A model generated the notes under the pieces. It was given only the letters and a program-made list of their open reading frames with translations, was not told the origin of the DNA and ran no database searches. A stretch of DNA of 64,000 bases from Candidatus Onthovicinus excrementipullorum (GTDB lineage Bacteria > Bacillota > Clostridia > Oscillospirales > Acutalibacteraceae): NCBI GenBank assembly GCA_018712345.1, contig DVHG01000011.1, positions 2,209 to 66,208 of the forward strand, read 5' to 3'. A program made the position numbers and the translations under genes. Positions within the stretch are counted from its first letter, which is position 1, and each line of letters opens with the position of its first letter. Below are positions 9,554-18,915 of the stretch, in pieces.

Positions 9554-10417
9554 ATGATCGTAGCTGCAAGAGATATGCTTGTAGAGGCAAAAAAGGGCAA
9601 ATATGCTGTTGGTCAGTTCAACATTAATAACCTGGAGTGGACAAAGTCCATCCTGCTCACCGCGCAGGAGCTCAAGGCGCCCGTGATCCTGGGTGTCTCT
9701 GAGGGCGCGGGCAAATATATGACCGGCTTTAAGACCGTCACCGCGATGGTCCGCGCCATGGATGAGGAGCTTGGGATCACCGTCCCGGTGGCCATCCATC
9801 TGGACCACGGTACGTTTGACGGCTGCTTCAAGTGCATCCGCGCCGGATTCTCTTCCATCATGTTTGACGGCTCTCACTACCCGATTGAGGAGAATATCGA
9901 GAAGACGAAGGTCCTCGTTGAGGCCGCCCACGTGAACGGCCTGTCCATCGAGGCGGAGGTCGGCTCCATCGGCGGCGAGGAAGACGGCGTCGTCGGCATG
10001 GGCGAGGTCGCGGATCCGGCTGAGTGCAAGCGCATTGCTGACTTGGGTGTGGACTTCCTTGCGGCCGGCATTGGCAACATTCACGGTGTTTACCCGGCCA
10101 ACTGGAAGGGTCTTGATTTTGATGCGCTGCAGAAGATCTCCGCGGCGGTCGGCGAGATGCCGCTCGTCCTGCACGGCGGCACGGGCATCCCGGCCGACAT
10201 GATTAAGAAGGCGATCTCCCTGGGCGTGTCCAAGATCAATGTCAACACGGAGTGCCAGCTCTCCTTTGCGGCGGCTACCCGCGCGTATGTGGAGGCCGGC
10301 AAGGATCAGCAGGGCAAGGGCTTCGATCCCCGCAAGCTGCTTGCACCGGGTGCGCAGGCCATCTGCGACACCGTCAAAGAGAAGATGGAGCTCTTCGGCT
10401 GCATCAACAAGGCGTAA
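9554..10417 (+). CDS. fba: Class II fructose-1,6-bisphosphate aldolase
   Basis: 287 aa. Contains AVGQFNINN, VAIHLDHG and LVLHGGTGIP motifs. RBS AGGAGG. Confidence 0.92.
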   Translation: MIVAARDMLVEAKKGKYAVGQFNINNLEWTKSILLTAQELKAPVILGVSEGAGKYMTGFKTVTAMVRAMDEELGITVPVAIHLDHGTFDGCFKCIRAGFSSIMFDGSHYPIEENIEKTKVLVEAAHVNGLSIEAEVGSIGGEEDGVVGMGEVADPAECKRIADLGVDFLAAGIGNIHGVYPANWKGLDFDALQKISAAVGEMPLVLHGGTGIPADMIKKAISLGVSKINVNTECQLSFAAATRAYVEAGKDQQGKGFDPRKLLAPGAQAICDTVKEKMELFGCINKA

Positions 10418-10429
10418 GCTTGATAAAAA

Positions 10430-10467
10430 CGTGGGGACGGGCACATATCGCCCGTCCCCGTTTTTTT
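10430..10467 (+). terminator. Rho-independent terminator after fba
   Basis: GGGGACGGGC..GCCCGTCCCC stem followed by a T7 run. Confidence 0.8.
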
Positions 10468-10515
10468 GTCCATAAGAAATGGGGCGGGTGGCTCCGCCCC
10501 ATAATGCATGGGCTG

Positions 10516-11601
10516 TTATCCGCGCAGTTCCCGCGTTGGGAAAACATGCCTGTGGTATAAAAAGCGCATCAGCAGGCTGCCGATGAGCAGGAATGCGCCG
10601 CACAGCAGCGCCGCCATTGTGACGTCGGACAGGTAGTGCGCGCCGCGTATGATTCGGGCCGCCGCCATCAGACCGATATACAGGGTGGAAGCGAAGAAGC
10701 ACGGGACGGCAAATTTTTTCAGGTTGTCAAACGCCCGGCACAGGTAATAGCTCAGCAGGATGAACACCGCCGATCCGGTGTGCCCCGAGGGGAAGGAATC
10801 GGCGTGGCTGTAAATCCCCATCGCGTCGCCGCGCTCATACCAGCGGGTAAAGGCGCTGAAATCCGTCGTCTGAATCATATCCCGCACCACGCCCGGGTGC
10901 GTCCCGTTTGAAAGGCCGTCAGCCGTCAAAAAGCCATTGGAATACCCGACCATCTCGCGGAAGCGCACGCGGGAGATATACGCTTTGATCTCATTCAGCA
11001 GTGGGTACAGCAGGTACAGGAACAGCCCCAGCAGGGCCAGCGGTTCCAACTTGTTGAGCGTCTCGCGCTTGGTGCGGGACGCAATGAAAAAGCCCAGCCC
11101 GGTTAGGAACAGTGCGAGCACGATCGAACAGGCAATGCACAGGGGCGAGCGGCTCACGTCGCTTGCCGGCTGTCCGGTGGCCCATACGATGATATACTTA
11201 ACGAGACTGTCCGTCTCCATCTTCCATCCGAAAAAGGCGAGCACGCCAAAACCTGCGATTTCAATCCAGTTGAACACTTTATCGCAGATGCGGAAGAGCT
11301 TTGTCTCCGTTTTTTCCCGGGAAAAAGGCCGGATAAACGGGAAAATCCGCCCGATGATCTCCAGACACTCGTTCAGGCTGTGGCGCGTGAACAGCAGCAC
11401 GGTGAAGGCACATCCCCGCAGGACATACCGGGGGATTTCGGCAAAATACTCAAAGAAAATACCAAAGTTATTCTGCGGGTTAAATAGTCGCTCGCTCACC
11501 TGCAGATCATAAAAGGTGGCGTACACCAGAAGTCCGCCGAACAGGGCGAAATAGAATAAGTACAGCAGGATCTCCGTGCGCAAGGTGGATTTTGTTTTCA
11601 T
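10516..11601 (-). CDS. PAP2-family phosphatase, membrane-bound
   Basis: PAP2 signature blocks SFPSGHTGSA and RIIRGAHYLSDV at the C-terminus, preceded by multiple TM helices. RBS GGGAGGG. Confidence 0.85.
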   Translation of the reverse strand: MKTKSTLRTEILLYLFYFALFGGLLVYATFYDLQVSERLFNPQNNFGIFFEYFAEIPRYVLRGCAFTVLLFTRHSLNECLEIIGRIFPFIRPFSREKTETKLFRICDKVFNWIEIAGFGVLAFFGWKMETDSLVKYIIVWATGQPASDVSRSPLCIACSIVLALFLTGLGFFIASRTKRETLNKLEPLALLGLFLYLLYPLLNEIKAYISRVRFREMVGYSNGFLTADGLSNGTHPGVVRDMIQTTDFSAFTRWYERGDAMGIYSHADSFPSGHTGSAVFILLSYYLCRAFDNLKKFAVPCFFASTLYIGLMAAARIIRGAHYLSDVTMAALLCGAFLLIGSLLMRFLYHRHVFPTRELRG

Positions 11602-11687
11602 TTACATTCCCTCCCTTTTTAATTATATCAAAGCCGGTTTCCGTCATCAAGTGCCTGTGCACGCCGATTTCCATAAACCGCCCCGTC

Positions 11688-12338
11688 TTATTCCCCGCCG
11701 CCTGTAAGCAGATGAATCTTGCGCCTGTCACGCTGGATGATGCCCGCATCCGCCATTTTTTTGAGTTCGCGCATCATGGCGCTGCGGTCCAGGCAGAGGT
11801 ATTCCGCCAGTGCGCTATACGGGATGGGGACTGTCATCTGGCCCCCCTCCGAGCTTGCGGACAGAAGATTAAAGTAGGCCAGCAGCTTCATGCGGGCTGT
11901 CGGCTGGGTGAGGATGTTGATCCGGTTGGCCTGCCTGCGCGCCTTGCGGGCCGTGAGCTGGAACAGATTGCTCACGAGCTGGCTGTGGTGGGCGCAGGCG
12001 TTCGGGCAGCGCTTGACGATGTGCTCGTAGTCTATAAACAGTACCCGGCACGGCTCGCAGGCGCTCACGTAATATTCCTGCATCTCGTCCGGCAGCAGGA
12101 ACAGCTCCCCAAACACGCTGTTTGGGAACAGATCTTCAATCACGCTTTGATTCCCCTCAGTATCGCAGTAGTACAGCCGGGCGTGGCCGCTCAGGAGTAC
12201 GCCGATCTTCTGCGGGCGGTTGGTGTAGGTGGTGATGATCTCCCCTGCGTCGTACCGCAGCTCCCGGGACCGGAAGCAGGTGCGCATGGCGGAGCGGCTC
12301 TCCGGAGAGATGTCGGTAAAGATCGTGAGTTCCTCCAT
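11688..12338 (-). CDS. Crp/Fnr-family transcriptional regulator with internal Cys cluster
   Basis: cNMP-binding beta-roll (FGELFLL), C-terminal wHTH (YSALAEYLCLDRSAMMRELKKM) and the motif CEPC-x13-CPNAC between the domains. Divergent from nrdDG. Confidence 0.85.
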   Translation of the reverse strand: MEELTIFTDISPESRSAMRTCFRSRELRYDAGEIITTYTNRPQKIGVLLSGHARLYYCDTEGNQSVIEDLFPNSVFGELFLLPDEMQEYYVSACEPCRVLFIDYEHIVKRCPNACAHHSQLVSNLFQLTARKARRQANRINILTQPTARMKLLAYFNLLSASSEGGQMTVPIPYSALAEYLCLDRSAMMRELKKMADAGIIQRDRRKIHLLTGGGE

Positions 12339-12356
12339 TTTTTCACTCTCCTAAAA

Positions 12357-12404
12357 ACAGTATATATAGTGCCCCACTTATAAAAAATACACAGGATATG
12401 CTTT
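12357..12404. promoter_or_regulatory. Candidate tandem NrdR boxes upstream of nrdD
   Basis: ACAGTATATATAGTGC (12357-12372) and ACACAGGATATGCTTT (12389-12404) resemble the 16-bp NrdR-box palindrome (acaCwAtATaTwgtgt as I recall it). Their starts are 32 bp apart. The second box is weaker. Confidence 0.3.
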
Positions 12405-12501
12405 ATTATACTTTATAACTGTTGCTCATGCAACAGTTCTCCGCGTAAAAATATGCTATAATTGCAACTGCTTTATATTTCAAGGATCAGGGGGTTGTCC
12501 C

Positions 12502-14661
12502 ATGAAGATTATCAAACGAAACGGCTCGGAGGCCGTATTTGACATCACAAAGATCATCGTTGCGATCACAAAGGCCAACAATGCCGATGAGCACAGCCGC
12601 GAGCTGAGCCAGGAGCAGATCGTGACCATCGCCTCCAACGTGGAGGAGAGCTGCCTGAAAATGGGACGTGCCCCCTCCGTGGAGGAGATTCAGGATCTGG
12701 TGGAAAATCAGATCATGCAGCAGGGCGCCTTTGAGGTGGCCAAGCGCTATATCAAGTACCGCTACACCCGCTCTCTGGCGCGCCGCGCCAACACGACGGA
12801 CAACCAGATCCTCAGCCTGATCGAGTGCAATAACGAGGAGGCCAAGCAGGAAAACGCCAATAAGAACCCCACCGTTAACAGCGTGCAGCGCGACTATATG
12901 GCGGGCGAGGTCTCCAAGGATATCACGCGCCGAATCCTGCTCCCGCAGGATATCGTGGAGGCCCATGAGCAGGGGCTGATCCACTTTCACGATATGGACT
13001 ACTTTGCCCAGCACATGCACAACTGTGACCTGGTCAATCTGGAGGACATGCTCCAGAACGGCACCGTTATCACCGGCACGCTGATCGAGAAGCCGCACAG
13101 CTTCTCCACCGCGTGCAACATCGCCACGCAGATCGTGGCACAGGTGGCCAGTAACCAGTACGGCGGCCAGAGCATCAGTCTGGCCCATCTGGCGCCGTTT
13201 GTGCAGGTCTCCCGCGAGAAGATCCGTAAAGAAGTGATCCAGGAGGCGCAGGAGCTCGGCGGAGATCTCTCGGAGGAGAAAATTTCCACCATTGTGGAGC
13301 GCCGCCTGCGCAAGGAGGTCAACCGCGGCGTACAGACCATTCAGTATCAGGTGGTCACATTGATGACGACAAACGGACAGGCCCCCTTTATCACCGTGTT
13401 CATGTACCTCAACGAGGCGAAGAATGAACAGGAGAAAAAGGACCTGGCCATGATTATTGAGGAGACGCTCCTCCAGCGCTATGAGGGCGTCAAGAACGAG
13501 AAGGGTGTCTGGGTCACGCCGGCATTCCCGAAGCTGATCTATGTTTTGCAGGAGGATAACATCACTCCCGGCTCCCAATATTACTACCTGACAGAGCTCG
13601 CCGCCAAATGCACGGCCAAGCGCCTGGTGCCTGACTACATCTCCGAGAAGAAGATGAAGGAGCTCAAGGAGGGGAACTGCTTCCCGGTGATGGGCTGCCG
13701 CAGCGCGCTCAGCCCGTGGAAGGACGAGAATGGGAATTACAAATTCTACGGTCGGTTCAATCAGGGCGTTGTCACGCTCAATCTGGTGGATGTGGCGCTG
13801 AGCTCCGGCGGCGATATGGACAAGTTCTGGAAGATCTTTGACGAGCGGCTGGATTTGTGCTACCGCGCGCTGATGTGCCGCCACAACCGGCTCAAGGGCA
13901 CGCTCTCCGACGCGGCGCCCATCCTCTGGCAGCACGGCGCGATCGCCCGGCTGAAGAAAGGCGAGCCGATCGATAAGCTCCTTTACGGCGGCTATTCCTC
14001 CATCTCCCTGGGGTATGCCGGGCTGTGCGAGTGTGTCCGCTATATGACGGGCAAATCCCACACCGACCCGAGCGCCACGCCGTTTGCCCTCTCCGTCATG
14101 AAATACATGAACGCCGCCTGCGAGCGCTGGAAGGCGGAGACGGACATCGGCTTTGGCATCTACGGCACGCCGCTTGAGAGCACAACGTATAAATTCGCCA
14201 AGTGTCTGCAAAAGCGCTTTGGCATCATCAAGGGCGTTACGGATAAGGCGTATATTACTAACAGCTACCATGTCCACGTCACGGAGCCGATCGACGCGTT
14301 TGAAAAGCTGCGTTTTGAGTCGCAGTTCCAGGCGCTGTCCACCGGCGGTGCCATCAGCTACGTAGAGGTGCCGAACATGCAGCAGAATCTGGAGGCAGTT
14401 CTCCAGATTATCCGCTATATCTATGACAATATCATGTATGCCGAGCTGAACACCAAGAGCGACTACTGTCAGGTGTGTGGGTTTGACGGCGAGATCCAGA
14501 TCGTCGAGGATGACGGCAAGCTCGTCTGGGAGTGCCCGAACTGCGGCAACCGCGATCAGGATAAGATGAACGTTGCCCGCCGCACCTGCGGCTACATCGG
14601 CACCCAGTTCTGGAATCAAGGGCGTACGGCGGAGATCAAAGACCGCGTCCTTCATCTGTAA
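12502..14661 (+). CDS. nrdD: Anaerobic ribonucleoside-triphosphate reductase
   Basis: 719 aa with an N-terminal ATP-cone, a Zn-ribbon (CQVCG...CPNCG) and the C-terminal glycyl-radical motif RRTCGYIG. Confidence 0.95.
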   Translation: MKIIKRNGSEAVFDITKIIVAITKANNADEHSRELSQEQIVTIASNVEESCLKMGRAPSVEEIQDLVENQIMQQGAFEVAKRYIKYRYTRSLARRANTTDNQILSLIECNNEEAKQENANKNPTVNSVQRDYMAGEVSKDITRRILLPQDIVEAHEQGLIHFHDMDYFAQHMHNCDLVNLEDMLQNGTVITGTLIEKPHSFSTACNIATQIVAQVASNQYGGQSISLAHLAPFVQVSREKIRKEVIQEAQELGGDLSEEKISTIVERRLRKEVNRGVQTIQYQVVTLMTTNGQAPFITVFMYLNEAKNEQEKKDLAMIIEETLLQRYEGVKNEKGVWVTPAFPKLIYVLQEDNITPGSQYYYLTELAAKCTAKRLVPDYISEKKMKELKEGNCFPVMGCRSALSPWKDENGNYKFYGRFNQGVVTLNLVDVALSSGGDMDKFWKIFDERLDLCYRALMCRHNRLKGTLSDAAPILWQHGAIARLKKGEPIDKLLYGGYSSISLGYAGLCECVRYMTGKSHTDPSATPFALSVMKYMNAACERWKAETDIGFGIYGTPLESTTYKFAKCLQKRFGIIKGVTDKAYITNSYHVHVTEPIDAFEKLRFESQFQALSTGGAISYVEVPNMQQNLEAVLQIIRYIYDNIMYAELNTKSDYCQVCGFDGEIQIVEDDGKLVWECPNCGNRDQDKMNVARRTCGYIGTQFWNQGRTAEIKDRVLHL

Positions 14662-14671
14662 GGGGAGCGCC

Positions 14672-15199
14672 ATGTATTATGGAGAAATTAAAAAACGGGA
14701 TATCGCCAATGGGATCGGGGTGCGGGTGTCCCTCTTCGTATCCGGGTGTACCCGCCACTGTAAAAACTGCTTTAATCCGGAGACGTGGGATTTTTCCTAC
14801 GGCAAGCCGTTCACTGATCAGACGGAGACGGAAATTCTGGGGGCTTTGGCGCCCGACTTTATCAACGGATTGACGGTGCTGGGCGGGGAGCCGTTTGAGC
14901 CCGAAAACCAGCGCGCGCTGCTGCCGTTTCTCCGGCGGGTGCGGGCGGCGTATCCCGGCAAGGATATCTGGTGCTACACCGGATGTACGCTGGAGAAGGA
15001 TCTTGCGCCGGGCGGCTTAAATTACTGCGAGGCCACGACCGGGATGCTCTCTCAGATCGATGTGCTGGTGGACGGCGCGTTTGTGGAGTCGCTCAAGGAC
15101 ATCACCCTGCGCTTTCGCGGATCGGCCAATCAGCGGCTGATCGACCTGCCCGCCACACTCCATACAGGTAAGACGGTCCTGTGGGATAAGCTGAAATAG
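14672..15199 (+). CDS. nrdG: Anaerobic RNR activating protein (radical SAM)
   Basis: The internal ATG at 14672 gives MYYGEIKKRDIANGIGVRVSLFVSGCTRHCKNC (CxxxCxxC). It lies 8 nt after the nrdD stop, with RBS GGGGAG. Confidence 0.92.
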   Translation: MYYGEIKKRDIANGIGVRVSLFVSGCTRHCKNCFNPETWDFSYGKPFTDQTETEILGALAPDFINGLTVLGGEPFEPENQRALLPFLRRVRAAYPGKDIWCYTGCTLEKDLAPGGLNYCEATTGMLSQIDVLVDGAFVESLKDITLRFRGSANQRLIDLPATLHTGKTVLWDKLK

Positions 15200-15360
15200 C
15201 CCCCCTTGCAGAACCATTCCGGCTGCGCCCACGGGCGCGGCTGTTTTCTTTTTGGGAATTCGACTAAAAACCGGGCCGAATCTTCAGTCATGCGGCCAAT
15301 TGACTTTGCAGCCCTGAACCATTAAAATATTTTTTCAACAGAATTTAAGGGGAGAGAGAA

Positions 15361-16848
15361 ATGCATAAAAGAATCGCTGCTGCAATCGCAGCTCTGACCA
15401 GCCTCACGCTGCTGTTTGCATCCTGCTCAAGTGAGGAGATCGTATCCGACTCCATCAAACTGCCCGCAGACATACTCGCCGCACAGCCTGACGGTTCCAT
15501 CCCGATCCTGACAGGGGATCAGACCGCCCAACTGCGGGGCAATATTGACCGCGGCTTCCGGCTGGAGACATACTATACGCTCGGCAGCGGAGAGGCCTGG
15601 CCGGGCGACGGAATCGATGGCTATGAATATCTCAACGACATGCTGGCCTTTTACAGTGAGGAAAATGTGCGCGAGATTCAGGTGTATATCTACCTGAAGG
15701 AATATTATGACAGGGATCTGGATCAGCACGCGCTTGACCAGATGAAGGCTTTTTTTGAGTACATCCGTTCCAAGGGGATGTCCATGGTGCTGCGCTTTGC
15801 CTATGAATCCGACCAGAATTCCGAATACGCGCCCAAGCAGAAGCAGCTGCTCCGCCATATCGAACAGCTCGGGGAATGGATCAATCAAAACCTGGATCTG
15901 TGGTACGATACGGTGACGGTTTTTCAGATCGGCATGATCGGCGCGTGGGGCGAGTTCGGTTCCTCCAATGTGCGGTACAACCGCGGAAAAATCGTCAACG
16001 CCGTGTGTGCCATGGTGCCGGAAAACACGTATATTCAGGGGCGCTACATGGTCGTGACGCAGGAGGCGGATGAAGAATACGCCGCCCGTGTCGGCTATCA
16101 CAACGATTTCCTCGTCGGCCGCCCGCACCCGTGGAATACGGCCGGCGGCAATAACGACTCCGAGGAGTATCAGGAATTTGAGCAGACCAACAAATACCGC
16201 CTTAATGACGGCGAAATGCCCTGGGCCGGCGGCACGCAGGAGCCGGACGAGTATGTGGACGGCAAAAAGCTGATCCAGCAGCTCTACGAGCACCATATGA
16301 CCACCTTTTCACTTGAGCACAACTACCGCGAGTTCATCAAGGGTGGGGCCCAGCCGGAATCCTACTATAATATCATGCGCTACCGCAGAGAGATGCTCTC
16401 ACTGGACGACGTCAAGGCGCTCGGTGTACCGTACTATGACGCCTACTTCACGGATGCGGACGGGAATCCCATTCAGCACAGCATCTATGACTATATCGCC
16501 GATTTCCTCGGCTACCATCTGGTGCTCTCCGACCTCTCCGTACAGAGCGGGGCATCTTCGGCTGTCAGTCTGATGGTGACGAACTACGGCTTCGGCGCGC
16601 CGCTGAATGTATCGGATGCGGAGCTGGTGCTTATTGATGCGTCGGGGAATGAGGAGAGCTATCCGCTCGCCGGGTTGGATGTAAAAACGCTCTGCACCTA
16701 TGGGCAGCAGACGCTCACGGCGGAGATCCCGCATACACTGGATGGCTACACCATCGGCGTCCGATTCAACCGCCACGGTGGTTACCACATTCAGACCGCC
16801 AATGCCCTGGGGTATGAGAACGGTGTCAATGTGATCCGCGGGGCGTGA
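15361..16848 (+). CDS. Lipoprotein, DUF4874/DUF4832-like glycoside-hydrolase-fold protein
   Basis: Signal peptide with lipobox (LLFASCSS). The overall pattern (FAYESD, GMIGAWGEFG, GEMPW) resembles DUF4832-type carbohydrate-active proteins. Family assignment is from memory. Confidence 0.7.
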   Translation: MHKRIAAAIAALTSLTLLFASCSSEEIVSDSIKLPADILAAQPDGSIPILTGDQTAQLRGNIDRGFRLETYYTLGSGEAWPGDGIDGYEYLNDMLAFYSEENVREIQVYIYLKEYYDRDLDQHALDQMKAFFEYIRSKGMSMVLRFAYESDQNSEYAPKQKQLLRHIEQLGEWINQNLDLWYDTVTVFQIGMIGAWGEFGSSNVRYNRGKIVNAVCAMVPENTYIQGRYMVVTQEADEEYAARVGYHNDFLVGRPHPWNTAGGNNDSEEYQEFEQTNKYRLNDGEMPWAGGTQEPDEYVDGKKLIQQLYEHHMTTFSLEHNYREFIKGGAQPESYYNIMRYRREMLSLDDVKALGVPYYDAYFTDADGNPIQHSIYDYIADFLGYHLVLSDLSVQSGASSAVSLMVTNYGFGAPLNVSDAELVLIDASGNEESYPLAGLDVKTLCTYGQQTLTAEIPHTLDGYTIGVRFNRHGGYHIQTANALGYENGVNVIRGA

Positions 16849-16879
16849 ATTCAAAACCAATATCACAGGGGAAATTAAA

Positions 16880-17665
16880 ATGTTCCATCTGTTTCAGAAC
16901 AGCCGATATCTGATTACCGACAAAGCTTTTCAAAACTATCCCTATGACATCATCCTGATCGCGGGGCAGTCAAATGCCGAGGGGTACGGGCGGGGCAATG
17001 ATTCATACAAATTCACTCCGCATGATCCCATTTACGGCTATACGGAGAAAAAAGGCATCCATCTGGCGTGCGACAAAAAATACGGCCGCCGCCGCACTTC
17101 GGCGTCATTCTGCCTGTACTTTGGCGAGGAATATGTGAAGGCGGGGCTTTTGAAGCCCGGACGCAAACTGATGCTGCTCAACACCGCCGTCGGCGGGACG
17201 GGCTTTTCCGATCACCGCTGGGGCATCGGCGACGATCTGTTTGAGCGCATGATCCGGCTGGCCCGGGAAGTGATGGCGCTTAATCCGGGAAATGAGATTA
17301 AGGCGTTCCTGTGGCACCAGGGCGAGACGGATGTGTACGGCCGAATGGACAGCGCGTCATATGCCAATCTGCTGGGGACGCTGATCTCGGAGGCGCAAAA
17401 CCGATTAAACATCGCGCACGTCCCGTTCATCGCCGGGAATATGGTCCCCGGCTGGATGCGCGCCAATCCCAAATCGTACGAGATCGCCGAAAGCACGCGG
17501 CAGCTGATGGAATCCCTGCCGCTGGGCGGGTATGCCGAATCCGACGGACTCGATGGGAACTCCGCCGAGGACATCATCCACTTTTCCCGGAAAAGCTGTG
17601 CGGAGTTGGGCAGGCGGTATTTTGAAATTTATCTGAGGGAGTCCGGCGGACGGAAAAACACCTGA
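16880..17665 (+). CDS. SASA-family (sialate O-acetylesterase-like) SGNH esterase
   Basis: GQSNAEG nucleophile motif near the N-terminus, WHQGETD block, 261 aa. Confidence 0.75.
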   Translation: MFHLFQNSRYLITDKAFQNYPYDIILIAGQSNAEGYGRGNDSYKFTPHDPIYGYTEKKGIHLACDKKYGRRRTSASFCLYFGEEYVKAGLLKPGRKLMLLNTAVGGTGFSDHRWGIGDDLFERMIRLAREVMALNPGNEIKAFLWHQGETDVYGRMDSASYANLLGTLISEAQNRLNIAHVPFIAGNMVPGWMRANPKSYEIAESTRQLMESLPLGGYAESDGLDGNSAEDIIHFSRKSCAELGRRYFEIYLRESGGRKNT

Positions 17666-17678
17666 TTTTTTATCACGC

Positions 17679-17713
17679 GAGAGGGGACGCGATCGCGTCC
17701 CCTCTCTGTTTTG
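17679..17713 (+). terminator. Rho-independent terminator
   Basis: Perfect 28-nt palindrome GAGAGGGGACGCGATCGCGTCCCCTCTC followed by TGTTTTG. Confidence 0.75.
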
Positions 17714-17732
17714 CCATGTGGAGGAGTATCTT

Positions 17733-18407
17733 ATGGTGGAGATCGAATCTTACCTTGCATCGCTGACGGCGGCGCTGAAGCGAGCATTCGGCACGCGGCT
17801 GTGCTATGTCGGTTTGCAGGGCAGTTACCTGCGCGGCGAGGCGACCGAGCGCAGCGATATTGACGTAATGGTGATTCTGGACGGCCTGACCCCGAATGAT
17901 CTCCTGCGCTACCGGACACTGCTGGAGCAGACTGCGGAGCCGGAAAATTCCTGCGGTTTTATCTGCGGCCGGGCGGAGATGGCGCACTGGAACCCGCTTG
18001 AGATCTGCCATCTGCTGCACACCACGCGCGATATCTTCGGTGCGCTGCGGGACTTTGTGCCGCCCTATACACAGGCAGATATTCTGAATTACATTAAGCT
18101 ATCTCTGGGAAACCTGTATCATGCGCTCTGCCACACCCGCATCCATGCCCCGGAACAGTCTCTGCGCCAAACACTGCCGGAGCTGTATAAGCAGACATTT
18201 TTTATCCTGCAAAATCTGCACTTTTTCCGCACGGGGAATTTTTGCGGGGCAAAAAAAGAGCTGCTCGCTCAGCTGTCAGGGGAGGATCACGCCGTCTTAC
18301 AGTGGGAGATCGATCACCGTGGCAGGGATGATTGGGAGTTGGACGGGGCCTTCAATCTGCTGTTTGCCTGGTGTCAGGGAACACTCAATCATTTTGTTCA
18401 AGGATAA
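17733..18407 (+). CDS. Nucleotidyltransferase-domain protein (ANT/AadA-like architecture)
   Basis: GLQGSYLRGEATERSDIDVMVIL matches the NTase GS-x9-DxD motif and is followed by a helical C-terminal domain. The ATG at 17733 has RBS GGAGGAG 7 nt upstream, so it is preferred over 17718. Confidence 0.75.
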   Translation: MVEIESYLASLTAALKRAFGTRLCYVGLQGSYLRGEATERSDIDVMVILDGLTPNDLLRYRTLLEQTAEPENSCGFICGRAEMAHWNPLEICHLLHTTRDIFGALRDFVPPYTQADILNYIKLSLGNLYHALCHTRIHAPEQSLRQTLPELYKQTFFILQNLHFFRTGNFCGAKKELLAQLSGEDHAVLQWEIDHRGRDDWELDGAFNLLFAWCQGTLNHFVQG

Positions 18408-18421
18408 AAGGAGGAACTATT

Positions 18422-18883
18422 ATGCTGCACGCAGGAGAAAAAGCGCCGCTATTCGCACTCGCGGACCAGAGCGGAAAAACCGTCGCGCTGGAGAACTTTC
18501 AGGGGAAACGGGTCGTCGTCTACTTCTACCCCAAGGACAACACGCCCGGATGCACCCGGCAGGCATGTGCCTTTGCCGCCGCGCTGGACCGCTATCAGGC
18601 ATTGGGGGTGCCGGTGATCGGGATCAGCAGGGATTCCGTGGCAAGTCACGCGCGCTTTGCGGAAAAGCACAGCCTGCCGTTCATTTTACTGTCTGATCCG
18701 GAACTTCAGGCCATTCAGGCATACGATGTCTGGCAGGAAAAGAAGCTGTACGGCAAGGTGAGCATGGGCGTGGTGCGCACCACATATCTGATCGGGCCAG
18801 ACGGGACGATCGAAAAGGTGTGGGAGAAGGCAAAACCCGATACAAACGCCGCAGAAATTCTGGAATATCTGGCCAATTCATAG
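18422..18883 (+). CDS. bcp: Thioredoxin-dependent thiol peroxidase (peroxiredoxin Bcp)
   Basis: The internal ATG gives MLHAGEKAPLF...VVYFYPKDNTPGCTRQAC, the typical PxxxTxxC peroxiredoxin motif. 153 aa. Confidence 0.88.
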   Translation: MLHAGEKAPLFALADQSGKTVALENFQGKRVVVYFYPKDNTPGCTRQACAFAAALDRYQALGVPVIGISRDSVASHARFAEKHSLPFILLSDPELQAIQAYDVWQEKKLYGKVSMGVVRTTYLIGPDGTIEKVWEKAKPDTNAAEILEYLANS

Positions 18884-18915
18884 GATTACCGCATCAGCGG
18901 GAGAGGGGAGGACTC

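Noticed and set aside
12487-14673. 728-aa ORF on the minus strand
   Set aside because: It is exactly antisense to nrdD, which has unmistakable homology and the glycyl-radical motif. The antisense translation is Arg/Leu/Ala/Gly/His-rich with no motifs, a typical GC-rich shadow ORF.
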